Shown here: positions 1-9,220 of the stretch, piece by piece
How the letters are laid out: every line of letters starts with the position of its first letter
How positions within the stretch are numbered: the stretch's first letter is position 1
Origin: a virus
Taxonomy: Duplodnaviria > Heunggongvirae > Uroviricota > Caudoviricetes
IMG/VR virus record: IMGVR_UViG_2531839663_000008
Coordinates: 1-42,768 of that record
Direction: 5' to 3' (one strand)
Length of the DNA stretch: 42,768 nt
Translations under genes and position numbers: made by a program
The notes under the pieces: generated by a model
What the model saw: the letters and a program-made list of their open reading frames with translations, nothing else
What the model was told of the DNA's origin: nothing
Databases searched by the model: none

Positions 1-1194
1 ATGATCACCGACACAAAGCTCAGGAAGGCGCTCGGCAAGAAAAGAGATGATATCGAGATTATTTCTGATTCGCACGGGCTCAACGCCAGAATCAGCCAGG
101 CCGGAAAAATATCATTTTTCTATCGGTATCGCTGGGCCGGTAAAGCGGTAAAACTCAATGTTGGTGATTATCCTGCAATGAGTATCACCCAGGCAAGAGA
201 GCGTCGCCAACAATTCAGAAACTGGTTAACTGAGGGACTGGATCCGCGAGAGCAGGTGAAGCTGGATAAGCAGACCCGACAGGAAGCGATGTCCGTTGCC
301 GAAGCGTTCAATTACTGGATTGAAAGGCACTGTATCGCTAACGGGCTAGTTAAAGTCGATTACTATCGCCAGGTGTTTGAGAAACATATCGCCGAACCGA
401 TGAAGAATGTCAAAGTCGATAACACAGCGAAAATGCACTGGATCAACGTCTTCGATTCTATAGAAAGCAGGGTGATGGCTCATTACATGCTTTCGCTGTG
501 CAAACGGGCGTTTAGGTTCTGCGTTAACAGAAGTGTGATCGCCTCAAACCCACTCGAGGGATTACTGCCATCTGATGTCGGGCAAAAGCCTAAAAAGAGA
601 ACTCGCAGGATGGACGATGACGATCTGCGCAAAATCTATCAGTGGTTGAAAAGCCATATGTCGATAGAGTCCGTTTTCCTGGTGAAATTTATTATGCTTA
701 CCGGATGCCGTACGGCTGAGATTCGACTTAGTGAGAGATCATGGTTTCGATTGGATGATAATGAGTGGGTCGTGCCTGCGGGCAGTTATAAAACTCGGGT
801 ACATATTAGAAGGGGACTCTCAGACGCCGCCGTTAACCTGGTCAGAAATCACCTCAAGAAAATAAACACCAATCACCTGGTGACTTCACAACGTAAAATT
901 GATGGCGGGATCAAAGATTCGCCCGTTCATTCACCTGTGGCATCCAATTACGCCCGTTCTATTTGGAATGGAATAGGTATGGCAGAGTGGTCGCTTCATG
1001 ATATGAGGCGGACGATAGCCACAAATCTCTCTGAGTTAGGTTGCCCGCCGCACGTAATTGAAAAGCTGCTCGGGCATCAGATGGTGGGGGTTATGGCGCA
1101 TTACAACCTTCATGACTATATCGATGATCAGAAACACTGGCTCCGCGTTTGGCAGAGCCATCTTGAAGAGATCATCGGAGAGCCCTTCAGTTAA
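1..1194 (+). CDS. int: Tyrosine-type site-specific integrase
   Basis: 397-aa ORF; C-terminal region shows recombinase-type motifs (HDMRRT, LLGHQ, AHY); convergent AlpA/Xis-like gene immediately downstream. Confidence 0.85.
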   Translation: MITDTKLRKALGKKRDDIEIISDSHGLNARISQAGKISFFYRYRWAGKAVKLNVGDYPAMSITQARERRQQFRNWLTEGLDPREQVKLDKQTRQEAMSVAEAFNYWIERHCIANGLVKVDYYRQVFEKHIAEPMKNVKVDNTAKMHWINVFDSIESRVMAHYMLSLCKRAFRFCVNRSVIASNPLEGLLPSDVGQKPKKRTRRMDDDDLRKIYQWLKSHMSIESVFLVKFIMLTGCRTAEIRLSERSWFRLDDNEWVVPAGSYKTRVHIRRGLSDAAVNLVRNHLKKINTNHLVTSQRKIDGGIKDSPVHSPVASNYARSIWNGIGMAEWSLHDMRRTIATNLSELGCPPHVIEKLLGHQMVGVMAHYNLHDYIDDQKHWLRVWQSHLEEIIGEPFS

Positions 1195-1433
1195 TTTATC
1201 TTCTTTTTATCCTCCCACTCTTTGATTGACTCAGAGCGCCAGCGGTTAGGGTTGCCGGGCCAGTCAGGGGGTGGGAACGAGCATACGAAGCCCCGAGGCA
1301 TTGTGTCTGCACTTTGCCATGACCAAAGGGTTTTGCGTGAAATTTTGTAGCGACTGGTCAGGTCTGACGTTACCAAAATATCATCCATAGCTCTCTCCAG
1401 TTGCCCGTTCGGGCCATTCAAAATCTTTTTCAA
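1191..1433 (-). CDS. AlpA/Xis-like small DNA-binding protein (putative excisionase/regulator)
   Basis: 80 aa; ISRKTLWSW ... FPPP ... W ... IKEW pattern resembles AlpA-family HTH proteins; overlaps the int stop by 4 nt. Confidence 0.55.
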   Translation of the reverse strand: MKKILNGPNGQLERAMDDILVTSDLTSRYKISRKTLWSWQSADTMPRGFVCSFPPPDWPGNPNRWRSESIKEWEDKKKIN

Positions 1434-1675
1434 CCAACCTGCCCGGGCAGGGAGCGGAGACGGCGCATGCCGGTCATCGCTGTGGCCACGTAGCTCGCCT
1501 TTCGGTTCACCACCTCCACCCAGACTTTCACGCCTTCAACCTTCACCGTATAAGTCTCTTTCATCTTGCTTCGCCCATAGTCGCCATATGTTTGCAAGTG
1601 AGCCGCCAGCGCAACATCGCAAGCGCGGCGACCAATAGGTGATTGCTTACTGCGATTAATCAGCTTCATCATCAC
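1430..1675 (-). CDS. Hypothetical phage protein
   Basis: 81-aa ORF, 4-nt overlaps with both neighbours in a co-directional operon. Confidence 0.4.
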   Translation of the reverse strand: MMMKLINRSKQSPIGRRACDVALAAHLQTYGDYGRSKMKETYTVKVEGVKVWVEVVNRKASYVATAMTGMRRLRSLPGQVG

Positions 1676-2556
1676 TGCACTCCCAAAGTGGCTACGACAT
1701 CACTCGCTGTTTCGCGGGTACTGCCTTTGCTGGATATAGCCCGGCGAGCACTGACGCGGTGCAGCGTGAAGCCGTGCTGTTCGTAAAGTTCAATTACGCG
1801 CGGAGCGGTAGAATTGCTGATCACCACTTTTGCCCCCCGCTGGTGGGCTGCCACACAGCTTTCCGTAAGTTCTACCTGGCTATCCCATGAGAACCCACCA
1901 GCCGCATAGTTAGTGAAACCAGCGGTGCCGGGCAGCGGCTCATAAGGCGGATCGCAGTAAACGACGTCACCATCACCTGCCAGCGCGAGCGTGCGCCTGA
2001 AGCCTGCATTCATGAATACGCATGCGTGAGCCTTCCGCTTAAATGCCCTGATCTCTTCTTCCGGGAAATATGGCGCTTTATATTTCCCAAAGCCGACGTT
2101 AAAAAAACCGTCCAGGTTATAACGGATCAGCCCGTTGAAGCAGTGCCGGTTGAGGTAAAGGAACGCTGCTGCGCGCTCGACCGCATCCAGCCGCTGCGCG
2201 TTGAATGCTTCACGAATTACCGTGTAGTTTTCGGCATCATTCAGATGCCTGAATGCCTTCATTGCCTCATAGATCACCGAGTCGGGGACCACCGCCAGCA
2301 TCTGATACAGGTTAATCAGGTCAGCGTTGACGTCAGCCAGAAGAAAGCGTTCGTGCTTGTCTGAGTTAAGGAACACCGAGCCGCCACCCACAAAAGGCTC
2401 AATAAGGCGTTTACCTGCGGGGATCAAACGATCCAGTTCCGGCAGCAGCGAATATTTGCCGCCAGCCCATTTAAGGAACGGGCGCTGCCAGCTTCGCAGC
2501 GCCGGTTCTTCTATGGGCATCGCCGCAGCTCCACTGCAAACAGAGCCGTATCTCAT
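1672..2556 (-). CDS. dam: DNA adenine methyltransferase, Dam family (GATC-type N6-adenine MTase)
   Basis: 294 aa; N-terminal KWAGGK and central DPPY motif typical of Dam/alpha-class N6-adenine MTases. Confidence 0.8.
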   Translation of the reverse strand: MRYGSVCSGAAAMPIEEPALRSWQRPFLKWAGGKYSLLPELDRLIPAGKRLIEPFVGGGSVFLNSDKHERFLLADVNADLINLYQMLAVVPDSVIYEAMKAFRHLNDAENYTVIREAFNAQRLDAVERAAAFLYLNRHCFNGLIRYNLDGFFNVGFGKYKAPYFPEEEIRAFKRKAHACVFMNAGFRRTLALAGDGDVVYCDPPYEPLPGTAGFTNYAAGGFSWDSQVELTESCVAAHQRGAKVVISNSTAPRVIELYEQHGFTLHRVSARRAISSKGSTRETASDVVATLGVQ

Positions 2557-3617
2557 GCTGCGACCTCAAAGCTCTTTGCCGTAATAGCTTGGATTAGTCT
2601 CACCGAAGCAGCTTTTTGTGAAGCAACGCTGGCAATAACCGTCGCTCTATCTTTTTCAGTGCTGGCGCAGACACCGGACCAGGATGAAATGAGGAAGAAA
2701 TTCTCCAACTCACTCATAGTGGAATTATTTACTAACTCCTCAATCATCTGCACAATGATGTGTGCAGGGCGATGCCGTAGTAGTTCCTGCATTGCGTAGC
2801 CAAACGCATTGATCATCACCGCGTGGAACTGGATGTAATCCCGCTTATATTCAGCAGGCGTACAACCATGCCTAATTCCCTCGATGGCTGTTAGCTTGAG
2901 CCATGCCTCCCAAATGTCATAGATGTCACTAGTAGCAAGCTCATCCCCATTGACAGAGAATTTTGCAGTTGCATCACTCAGGGGTTTGAAGCTAATCCAG
3001 AGATCGCTTTTCGCCGGAACCACGTTGTGTTCAAAGTCTGTTATTTCTGAGAACACGGCATGGGATGACAAAAACGAAACCATATCTTGAGCAATTTTAT
3101 CCCTACCGTTATAGGCCATATTGATGGCCGCTGATGGCTTCGATACGTTGTTGTTGATGTCGGAAAAGAACTGCTGGCGCGTTTTGAGCGGCAGTTGGTG
3201 TGTCAGCATCATTGGGATGTGAATAGGCTCTCCGTAAGTGCGGCAGAACTCCGCAATGCCTGCGGCGCGATGCTGACCGTCAAACAGTTTAATCTCCGCA
3301 TCCATTGGGAATCGCGCAACACCCACATTCGTATTGCCAAACTCTTCGAACTCAATGAGTGAGTCGCAGTTTCCAACCAGCGGCGGGATGATGAACGGCT
3401 CTTTTTTCTCGTAAGCTGTTCGCAGATACTCATAAAACTTCTTCGCACGTGCTGGATTGAGTTCTCGCTGAGAACGCTCAAGCGTATTGCCGTGGTTATC
3501 TGATGCCAGAACGCGAGTTAGCGCGCGCGCTGGGACTGTCATCATCAACACAACCGTATTTCCCTGTAAGCCTCTTGATGCCGGGAATTCAAAGAAATAG
3601 TCACCAATTTTGCTCAT
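2553..3617 (-). CDS. DGQHR-motif protein (DndB-like, ParB/Srx superfamily)
   Basis: Literal FDGQHRAAG motif in the N-terminal third; start placed at second ATG, which has a GAGGA RBS about 9 nt upstream; stop overlaps the dam start by 4 nt. Confidence 0.6.
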   Translation of the reverse strand: MSKIGDYFFEFPASRGLQGNTVVLMMTVPARALTRVLASDNHGNTLERSQRELNPARAKKFYEYLRTAYEKKEPFIIPPLVGNCDSLIEFEEFGNTNVGVARFPMDAEIKLFDGQHRAAGIAEFCRTYGEPIHIPMMLTHQLPLKTRQQFFSDINNNVSKPSAAINMAYNGRDKIAQDMVSFLSSHAVFSEITDFEHNVVPAKSDLWISFKPLSDATAKFSVNGDELATSDIYDIWEAWLKLTAIEGIRHGCTPAEYKRDYIQFHAVMINAFGYAMQELLRHRPAHIIVQMIEELVNNSTMSELENFFLISSWSGVCASTEKDRATVIASVASQKAASVRLIQAITAKSFEVAA

Positions 3618-3694
3618 GCTTCCGTCCTCTAACATTTAATTCTTCAACATGGGATGGCGCACCGCGCCAACCCTGATGTCGTCGTGAGCGTGAG

Positions 3695-4123
3695 TCATAG
3701 GATGGACTCCATTTCGTCGATGTAGAGGCCCTGAGCAATCAGGCGGCTACGGCGGGCGGCACGGGCTATGCACTCCTGCCGTCTACCTTCCTGCGATTGC
3801 TCAATGGCGCGCCGGGTGAACAGGCGCGATTTGCCCTGCGGCGTCACAACCTTCGGCTTCGTGACCAGGTCGAAAGTCCGGTCGCAGATGCCGTCCCCGT
3901 TGATCCACTTTTCCGACTCAACGATCTGCGCTATCTGTCCGGAGCCGCGGGTAATACCGTTGGCTACCCGGTTAAACTCGATGAGCGTTACGCCAAACTT
4001 CTCAGCGATTTCGCTGCCGGTTACCGGGCGGCCGCGCGTCTGAATCATCCAGATAACGCGCTCACGAAGGCCGGAGAATTGCCCGGTGCGCCCTGGCCTG
4101 CGGTAAAATGGTGTGCGTTTCAT
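3695..4123 (-). CDS. Hypothetical phage protein (basic, possible HTH)
   Basis: 142-aa ORF in the leftward operon; 4-nt overlap with the downstream exonuclease gene. Confidence 0.45.
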   Translation of the reverse strand: MKRTPFYRRPGRTGQFSGLRERVIWMIQTRGRPVTGSEIAEKFGVTLIEFNRVANGITRGSGQIAQIVESEKWINGDGICDRTFDLVTKPKVVTPQGKSRLFTRRAIEQSQEGRRQECIARAARRSRLIAQGLYIDEMESIL

Positions 4124-4737
4124 GCTGCACGCTCTGTGATTTTCTGAATTTCCGATTCCAGATCTGCAAGGAAGCTCTTAACCTCAGATTCGATTTCGCG
4201 CGCCAGCTCTTCATCGAAATGAATCCGCTTCTTGAAATAGGCGAGGTCAGGCGGCAGGCGATCATCGAAACTAACGAAATCACACCATTTCCGCCCGGTG
4301 CACATCATCTGTGCATGCATTTGCAGCATGTACTGGCGCTTTGGCTCACCAGTTTTCAGCGTTTCAAGATGGGTCCAGGTGTTGGGGCATTTGATTTCGA
4401 TAAGCCCGTCGTCGTTGACAAGTCCGTCCGGGCTGGCTGCGAATCCGGGTATGGTTGGGTGATCGATGAGCCCAACTTCAGTGATTGCCGCATTGAACTC
4501 ATTCAGCGCGTACATTTCGCGTGCCACTGGCTCAAGTTCAGTGCCGCGCATCATCGCGGCATTCGAAAACCCTTCCTCCAGCTTCCCGGTCAGCCGTTGG
4601 CAAATCAGCTCGGCCATGTAGTTCTGGCGGCTGGTGGAGTAGCCCGACTTAGTCCGGGCCATGACATCAGCCAGGCGACTGGCTGTGACCTTGCCGCAGC
4701 GCGCAGCAAACCATTCAGGGGTGCGTTGCTCTATCAT
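4120..4737 (-). CDS. YqaJ-like viral recombination exonuclease
   Basis: 205 aa; N-terminal RTPEWFAAR and PD-(D/E)xK-type GLIEIKCP motif; adjacent to and overlapping recT. Confidence 0.8.
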   Translation of the reverse strand: MIEQRTPEWFAARCGKVTASRLADVMARTKSGYSTSRQNYMAELICQRLTGKLEEGFSNAAMMRGTELEPVAREMYALNEFNAAITEVGLIDHPTIPGFAASPDGLVNDDGLIEIKCPNTWTHLETLKTGEPKRQYMLQMHAQMMCTGRKWCDFVSFDDRLPPDLAYFKKRIHFDEELAREIESEVKSFLADLESEIQKITERAA

Positions 4738-5495
4738 TCAGCCTCCGTCTCTGCGACATTGACAGGTTCGGCGTTGTCGACAGCAAGACTCATGTCATAC
4801 ATGCGTCGTTTCTCAACTGCGCCGATCACCTGTTTCTCTTCGGCGCTCAGCGCCACCCAGAACTCCTGATACTTAACGGTTCCAAGGCGCGCGGCGGACT
4901 CACCTTTTGCGATCAGTTCCGGGCGGCGGCTATCTGATTCATGGCCCGCATGAACCTCTGCCGTTGTTCCTTCAATTACTCGCTCTGCCTCGTCCTGGTC
5001 GAAGATGCCAGCGAAACCAAAGGCCAGACGCGCGCACTGGATCAGCGTCTTGTGGCGAAGCATGCGGGTAGGGTGGGACTGCCATGGCTGAGTGTTGCGT
5101 TTGCACTCTCCCATGTACTCGGTGACGATGGTCGGGTGCTTACGGTCTTTGCGGTAAATCTTGCAGGTACACGCGCCTTCCTCCTTGTCGTAAGAGAACT
5201 CCATGCCGTCAAACTGAGGATGCTCGTTGATAATGCGAGCCCATCCATCAACGCCGACGACCGGGACAATCCCGCCTTTATCTGGGAATGCGTAAATCTC
5301 TTTGGTCCATGGGTTCAGGCCGTACTGGTTGGCGACGATCAACAGGGCTGTAAACTGCTCGTCCGTGACGTTGCCACTTTTGAACGCTGTATTCTTCAGC
5401 GTATTCATCAGGTCTGTACCGGCATCCATGCCGAGGCGTGCGGCCAGTTTCCCGGCCATGGTGGAAAGTGCAGTACTCATTGTTAAATCCCTCAA
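4734..5495 (-). CDS. recT: RecT-family single-strand annealing protein
   Basis: 253 aa; RecT-like sequence, paired with the YqaJ exonuclease as in Rac/lambdoid recombination modules. Confidence 0.8.
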   Translation of the reverse strand: MRDLTMSTALSTMAGKLAARLGMDAGTDLMNTLKNTAFKSGNVTDEQFTALLIVANQYGLNPWTKEIYAFPDKGGIVPVVGVDGWARIINEHPQFDGMEFSYDKEEGACTCKIYRKDRKHPTIVTEYMGECKRNTQPWQSHPTRMLRHKTLIQCARLAFGFAGIFDQDEAERVIEGTTAEVHAGHESDSRRPELIAKGESAARLGTVKYQEFWVALSAEEKQVIGAVEKRRMYDMSLAVDNAEPVNVAETEAE

Positions 5496-5498
5496 AAA

Positions 5499-5783
5499 TT
5501 AAAACGGGCAGCCGGTACGGTGTTCCCAGTCGTATTCCGCCTGGGCGTAAGCAACTACCGAAATGAAATCGTTGTAGGCCTCGCCAGCTTTATCGCTGCG
5601 AAGCCCTTCGTATGGGCTGGAGTCTATCGGGATCGTGAAGTGGAAGAGGCCGGACGGCTCTTTAGGCATCATGTCGATGATTTTCTGCGCCCGGTCGTCG
5701 ATCCACTTCTCTTTCTCGTCGGTGATCTGCTGCTCAGCCCAGCGCCGATCTTCGATGCGGTCGTAAGTGAGGTATGCGTTCAT
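5499..5783 (-). CDS. Hypothetical phage protein
   Basis: 94-aa ORF co-directional in the early-left operon. Confidence 0.45.
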   Translation of the reverse strand: MNAYLTYDRIEDRRWAEQQITDEKEKWIDDRAQKIIDMMPKEPSGLFHFTIPIDSSPYEGLRSDKAGEAYNDFISVVAYAQAEYDWEHRTGCPF

Positions 5784-5790
5784 GGTTGCC

Positions 5791-6762
5791 TCAGTAATGA
5801 ATTTTCGCGCAGGGGATCAGGTCATCTTTCAGAGCGGTAAGCACTTCGATAGCCTGCTCGCGGGTTAAGCTGGTTTGGCTGGTGAGCGCGTTAACGATGT
5901 TGGTGCCGACCGTCTTGCGGTGCTTAACGTCAGCTTCACGCTTTGCCTGCTCATCGGCGAGGCGCTTCTCTTCGGCCAGGCGGGCATCTTCGGCCTGTTT
6001 GGCCTTCAGGCGCTCGGCTTCAACCGCCGCGGCTTTTTCGCGTTCCGCCCGGGCTTCCGCTTCCTGCTTCTCGCGAGCTGCACGCTGTTCCGCTTCGACG
6101 CGCTGGCGCTCCGCCAGTTCAGCGCGGGCTTTCTCTTCGGCTTCACGGCGCGCTGCGGCTTCAATCTCCGCTTTGTGCTTCGCTTCGGCATCGCGGCGGG
6201 CTTGTTCTGCCGCTTCCTGTTTCAGCCGCTCATCACGTTCACGCTGAGCCTGTTCCGCCAGACGGCGCTGCTCTTCGCGGTCACGGTCAAAATCCTTGTT
6301 CATCAGTAGAGCCATTTCGTGGTCCGCTTCGAACTTGGCAGCCAGCTCCTGATCGAACCTGATGTTCATCTCCAGCGCTTCGGCGTGCATCGCGTTCATG
6401 GCTTCTTCAGCCTTAATGCGTTCCTGCTCGGCTTCCCATTCGGTGAGTGGGCGGCGGGTCGCATCGCGCAGCTCGTCGCAGGCATCAACGAATCGCTTAA
6501 TTTCGGCCTCAGCCGGACGCACAGCCTCTTTCAGGCGCTTCAGGTACTCACGGCCCGGCTTTTCGATTGCCGTCTTGCTGCGGGACACCTGCGCTGCCAG
6601 AGAGGCAACACGGTCACGGCCTTTCTTCGTGGACAGGTCCGACACTTCGTTTACAGCCTGGCGGATTTGCTCAAGGTACGCGTCAAGGCCGCCCGCTACG
6701 TAAAGCACTGGGGCCTGTTCCGGCTTGATTTCGATGACAGTTAAGTCCGTTACTTCGCTCAT
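5791..6762 (-). CDS. Coiled-coil protein with low-complexity A/E/R/K repeat region
   Basis: Start placed at internal ATG preceded by AGGAGA RBS; long run of EAxRxAEEK-type repeats gives shadow ORFs in other frames. Confidence 0.55.
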   Translation of the reverse strand: MSEVTDLTVIEIKPEQAPVLYVAGGLDAYLEQIRQAVNEVSDLSTKKGRDRVASLAAQVSRSKTAIEKPGREYLKRLKEAVRPAEAEIKRFVDACDELRDATRRPLTEWEAEQERIKAEEAMNAMHAEALEMNIRFDQELAAKFEADHEMALLMNKDFDRDREEQRRLAEQAQRERDERLKQEAAEQARRDAEAKHKAEIEAAARREAEEKARAELAERQRVEAEQRAAREKQEAEARAEREKAAAVEAERLKAKQAEDARLAEEKRLADEQAKREADVKHRKTVGTNIVNALTSQTSLTREQAIEVLTALKDDLIPCAKIHY

Positions 6763-6832
6763 GGTTTCTCCTGAAATTTGGATGTGCAGATCCCGCCCGC
6801 GTAATGCCAGGCCGAACGGTTGAATAGGGTGG

Positions 6833-7042
6833 TTAGTGCTGGATAGGGTTGCCGTGACCGTCAAGAAGGACGTCAATCACGCAGTCACTGAGTCGGATTA
6901 TTTCTGCGTCAGTGTGCAGGTATACCCATTTGCGCTCCTGAATGACTGCTGAGACGCGATATGTGCGGCCTTCATGCAATGCCATCATGCCGGGCGTGAC
7001 GCACTGGCGAATGAGCGGGGTGGTGCCGTAGTGGTTGATCAT
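6833..7042 (-). CDS. Hypothetical small protein
   Basis: 69-aa ORF; 4-nt overlap with the upstream gene. Confidence 0.4.
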   Translation of the reverse strand: MINHYGTTPLIRQCVTPGMMALHEGRTYRVSAVIQERKWVYLHTDAEIIRLSDCVIDVLLDGHGNPIQH

Positions 7043-7197
7043 GCCTTCACCTCAACCTGTTCCAGGAGGCCAGCGATATTCATCTGTTGGCGGTTCATCG
7101 TCAGCTTTTCACGCGGGTTAGATACCGACGTCAGCTGCCACTCGTTATCGTTGAGCTTTTTGGCGGTGTACTGCTTGCCGTTGTGGGTGACTGTCAT
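7039..7197 (-). CDS. Hypothetical small protein
   Basis: Start placed at internal ATG (MTVTHNGK...) with AAGGTGG RBS upstream; ORF-track start 7239 is probably an over-extension. Confidence 0.4.
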   Translation of the reverse strand: MTVTHNGKQYTAKKLNDNEWQLTSVSNPREKLTMNRQQMNIAGLLEQVEVKA

Positions 7198-7198
7198 C

Positions 7199-7408
7199 TC
7201 ACACCACCTTGAATAAGAACCAGCCCATACCGCACACAATCAGGCCCACAATGGTTATTGCGGAAGACATGCGTACATGGTCAATGGCTAGTTTTGAAAG
7301 TGGCTGGCGATGTTCTTTTTTCGTCAGCGAGTTGATTGCTATGCCGAGCAGAAACGTCCCGACAAACCATAATGCGTATATCTTTAAGCCCAACTCCAAA
7401 TCACTCAT
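7199..7408 (-). CDS. Small membrane protein (two predicted TM helices)
   Basis: 69 aa with two hydrophobic stretches (IYALWFVGTFLLGIAI and AITIVGLIVCGMGWFLF). Confidence 0.45.
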   Translation of the reverse strand: MSDLELGLKIYALWFVGTFLLGIAINSLTKKEHRQPLSKLAIDHVRMSSAITIVGLIVCGMGWFLFKVV

Positions 7409-7542
7409 AAATCCTCTTGGCCTTATCGCGGCGAACGGAACGGTTAATACAAGACTTCAACGCATTTATTCAGTGTTTCAATGGGCGGTGGATGGCCGCC
7501 GGTTTTCATAACTAAGCCGCCTCGGTGAAGCGACTGAGGTAT

Positions 7543-7564
7543 GAAAAAGCCCTCCGGAGAGGGC
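7543..7564 (-). terminator. Intrinsic terminator for leftward transcription
   Basis: GCCCTC-CGGA-GAGGGC hairpin; on the minus-strand RNA it is followed by a U-run (plus-strand AAAAA at 7544-7548). Confidence 0.5.
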
Positions 7565-7575
7565 TATGTGTTTCG

Positions 7576-7716
7576 CTTAATCATTGGGTAAGCCAGAGCA
7601 ATTACACCTGCCACTAATACCCCGTCAGCCAGCATCGACATCAACTTCCCGGTGAAATCGACAGCAATCACCAGGAAGAGGAGGACGCCGATAATCAACC
7701 AGCGCAATTTATCCAT
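7576..7716 (-). CDS. Possible micro-membrane peptide (about 46 aa), absent from ORF track
   Basis: ATG at 7716 abuts the TerB-like stop; translation begins MDKLRWLIIGVLLFLVIAVDF (hydrophobic helix); exact frame and stop not verified. Confidence 0.3.
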
Positions 7717-8141
7717 CAGATATAAGCGTCGAGTGATAACTGAAGAGCCTGAGCGATTTTCTTCAGCTGTTTTTCTTCGTCTTCGCCGATGCCGTCGTTA
7801 TCGGCTACGTCAAGGCACAGGCAGAGCACATCAACTGCGTCTGGAGTACCTGCCACATCTGCAAGTTCGCGCATTGCCTGGGCATTAGCAGAGCGAGGGG
7901 ACGCTTCGTACTGTGCGCGAATGTTGCTGCTCATGCTGGCGATCTCACCTGCGAAAGCAGAGAACGCTGGTTTTGCCTGAATGGTTTTCTCCAGCGTTGC
8001 AATTTCTGACGCATCACAAGTACCGTCTGCATAAGCGATCGAGTAACAGCCCCACACCGTTGCTTCAACTGCGTCGCGGTTTTCCATCTTCTTCACTTCG
8101 ACGATCGCCTTGCGTGCTTTTTTCTTAAACAGTCCGAACAT
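7716..8141 (-). CDS. TerB-like domain protein
   Basis: 141 aa with two YADG/DNDG ... DE.E.K-type repeats resembling TerB; first gene downstream of the leftward operator/promoter. Confidence 0.5.
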   Translation of the reverse strand: MFGLFKKKARKAIVEVKKMENRDAVEATVWGCYSIAYADGTCDASEIATLEKTIQAKPAFSAFAGEIASMSSNIRAQYEASPRSANAQAMRELADVAGTPDAVDVLCLCLDVADNDGIGEDEEKQLKKIAQALQLSLDAYI

Positions 8142-8365
8142 TTGACTACCCTCTTGGTTTAAGCCATCAACTTGATGGCGACATTTGACTTACCGTCAGC
8201 CCCTCGTAAAGAGCTGCTGGTAAATCGTGTTGCCATAATTGCCGCTCCTCCTGAGCCCGCCTATGGTCCGACGCATGGTTTACTGTCGCGCCGTTCGACT
8301 GACCGAATCTCCACTTCGCTGCTGGCTAACTTCGCTCAGCTGTCGATGTTTCGTTTCGATGGGTA

Positions 8366-8443
8366 AATTTAGCGTGATGCTAAATTATGCGCAATAGCAA
8401 AATGCTAAATTGTTGAATGGTTTTATTTAGCGTATTGATTAAT
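8366..8443. promoter_or_regulatory. Left operator array (OL-like) and leftward early promoter region
   Basis: Three sites: ATTTAGCGTGATGCTAAAT (8366-8384, perfect dyad), ATAGCAAAATGCTAAAT (8394-8410), ATTTAGCGTATTGATTAAT (8425-8443). Confidence 0.6.
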
Positions 8444-8525
8444 AAGCGATTAAAAATTTACAGCGAAGGAATTCGGGACGTAAAAAAGCCCGCGCGATGG
8501 CGGGCTTGAGGGGTTTTGCGTGAGG

Positions 8526-9203
8526 TTATGGGATGTTTAGTATTTTGGCATCAACCACAACGCCGATGATTTTGCAGTTTCCATTAATTTCTAGCATTGG
8601 ATATGCGGGGTTAAGGGGCTTTAGGAAGCGTCTGCCGGCATCGATTACAAGCTTCTTAAAGGTCGCTTCGTTATCGCCTTCTAGCTTCGCGACAACCAGC
8701 TTTCCGTTGCGCGGCTCGACTTCAGGATCAACAAGTATCGCTGCTCCCTCGGGTATGCTCAGTCCAGCCGGGGAGGTCATAGAATCCCCTTTAACGTCCA
8801 GCCAGAATGAATCTTCTGAGCAGTCAACAGTCGTGTCATACCAGCGATCTATCGCTCTTCGGTGATAAGGTTCTACAGCTTCCATCCATTGCCCCGCGCT
8901 TACCCAGCTGATTACAGGATAACTTCCTTTTGTCTCGTTCAGTCCTCGAAATGCAACGTTCGAAGGTTCTTCACTGGCGTGTAAAACATCCATCCAGCCA
9001 AAAGGCAGATCAAGCGCAGTTTCAATTTTGCGAGCCATCTTATCGCCGATATTGCGATGAGGGTTTGGTCCCAGTAGCTGGCTAAGCGCAGCCGGACTTG
9101 TCTCGATGAGCTCGGCAAACTGCGCTTTGGTCATTCCAGACTCGTGCTGACGCTTCTCGTACAGCGCTTCCAGGTTGGCTTTTCTGATTTCTTTATTTTC
9201 CAT
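8526..9203 (-). CDS. cI: CI-like prophage repressor (HTH domain plus S24 LexA-like peptidase domain)
   Basis: Start placed at MENKEIRK...; C-terminal half has S24-type layout with a GDSM motif; flanked by operator arrays and divergent from cro-like gene. Confidence 0.8.
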   Translation of the reverse strand: MENKEIRKANLEALYEKRQHESGMTKAQFAELIETSPAALSQLLGPNPHRNIGDKMARKIETALDLPFGWMDVLHASEEPSNVAFRGLNETKGSYPVISWVSAGQWMEAVEPYHRRAIDRWYDTTVDCSEDSFWLDVKGDSMTSPAGLSIPEGAAILVDPEVEPRNGKLVVAKLEGDNEATFKKLVIDAGRRFLKPLNPAYPMLEINGNCKIIGVVVDAKILNIP

Positions 9204-9220
9204 ACCTGCATTGTTACCGC

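Noticed and set aside
2026-2584. Plus-strand ORFs of 112 and 85 aa
   Set aside because: Antisense to the Dam methyltransferase gene, which has clear catalytic motifs; shadow ORFs.
5875-6362. Several long plus-strand ORFs (121-144 aa) rich in Arg/Ala/Ser/Leu
   Set aside because: They lie entirely inside the minus-strand coiled-coil gene and arise from its GC-rich repetitive codons; no RBS or phage-like function.
7716-8141. Considered the TerB-like gene as the N antiterminator because of its position and basic N-terminus (KKKARKA)
   Set aside because: The body of the protein matches the TerB repeat pattern rather than a short Arg-rich N-type peptide; kept as TerB-like with an open question about antitermination.
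8172-8366. 64-aa plus-strand ORF in the leftward leader region
   Set aside because: Opposite to the direction of transcription expected from the left operators; no RBS; the region is better explained as 5' leader.
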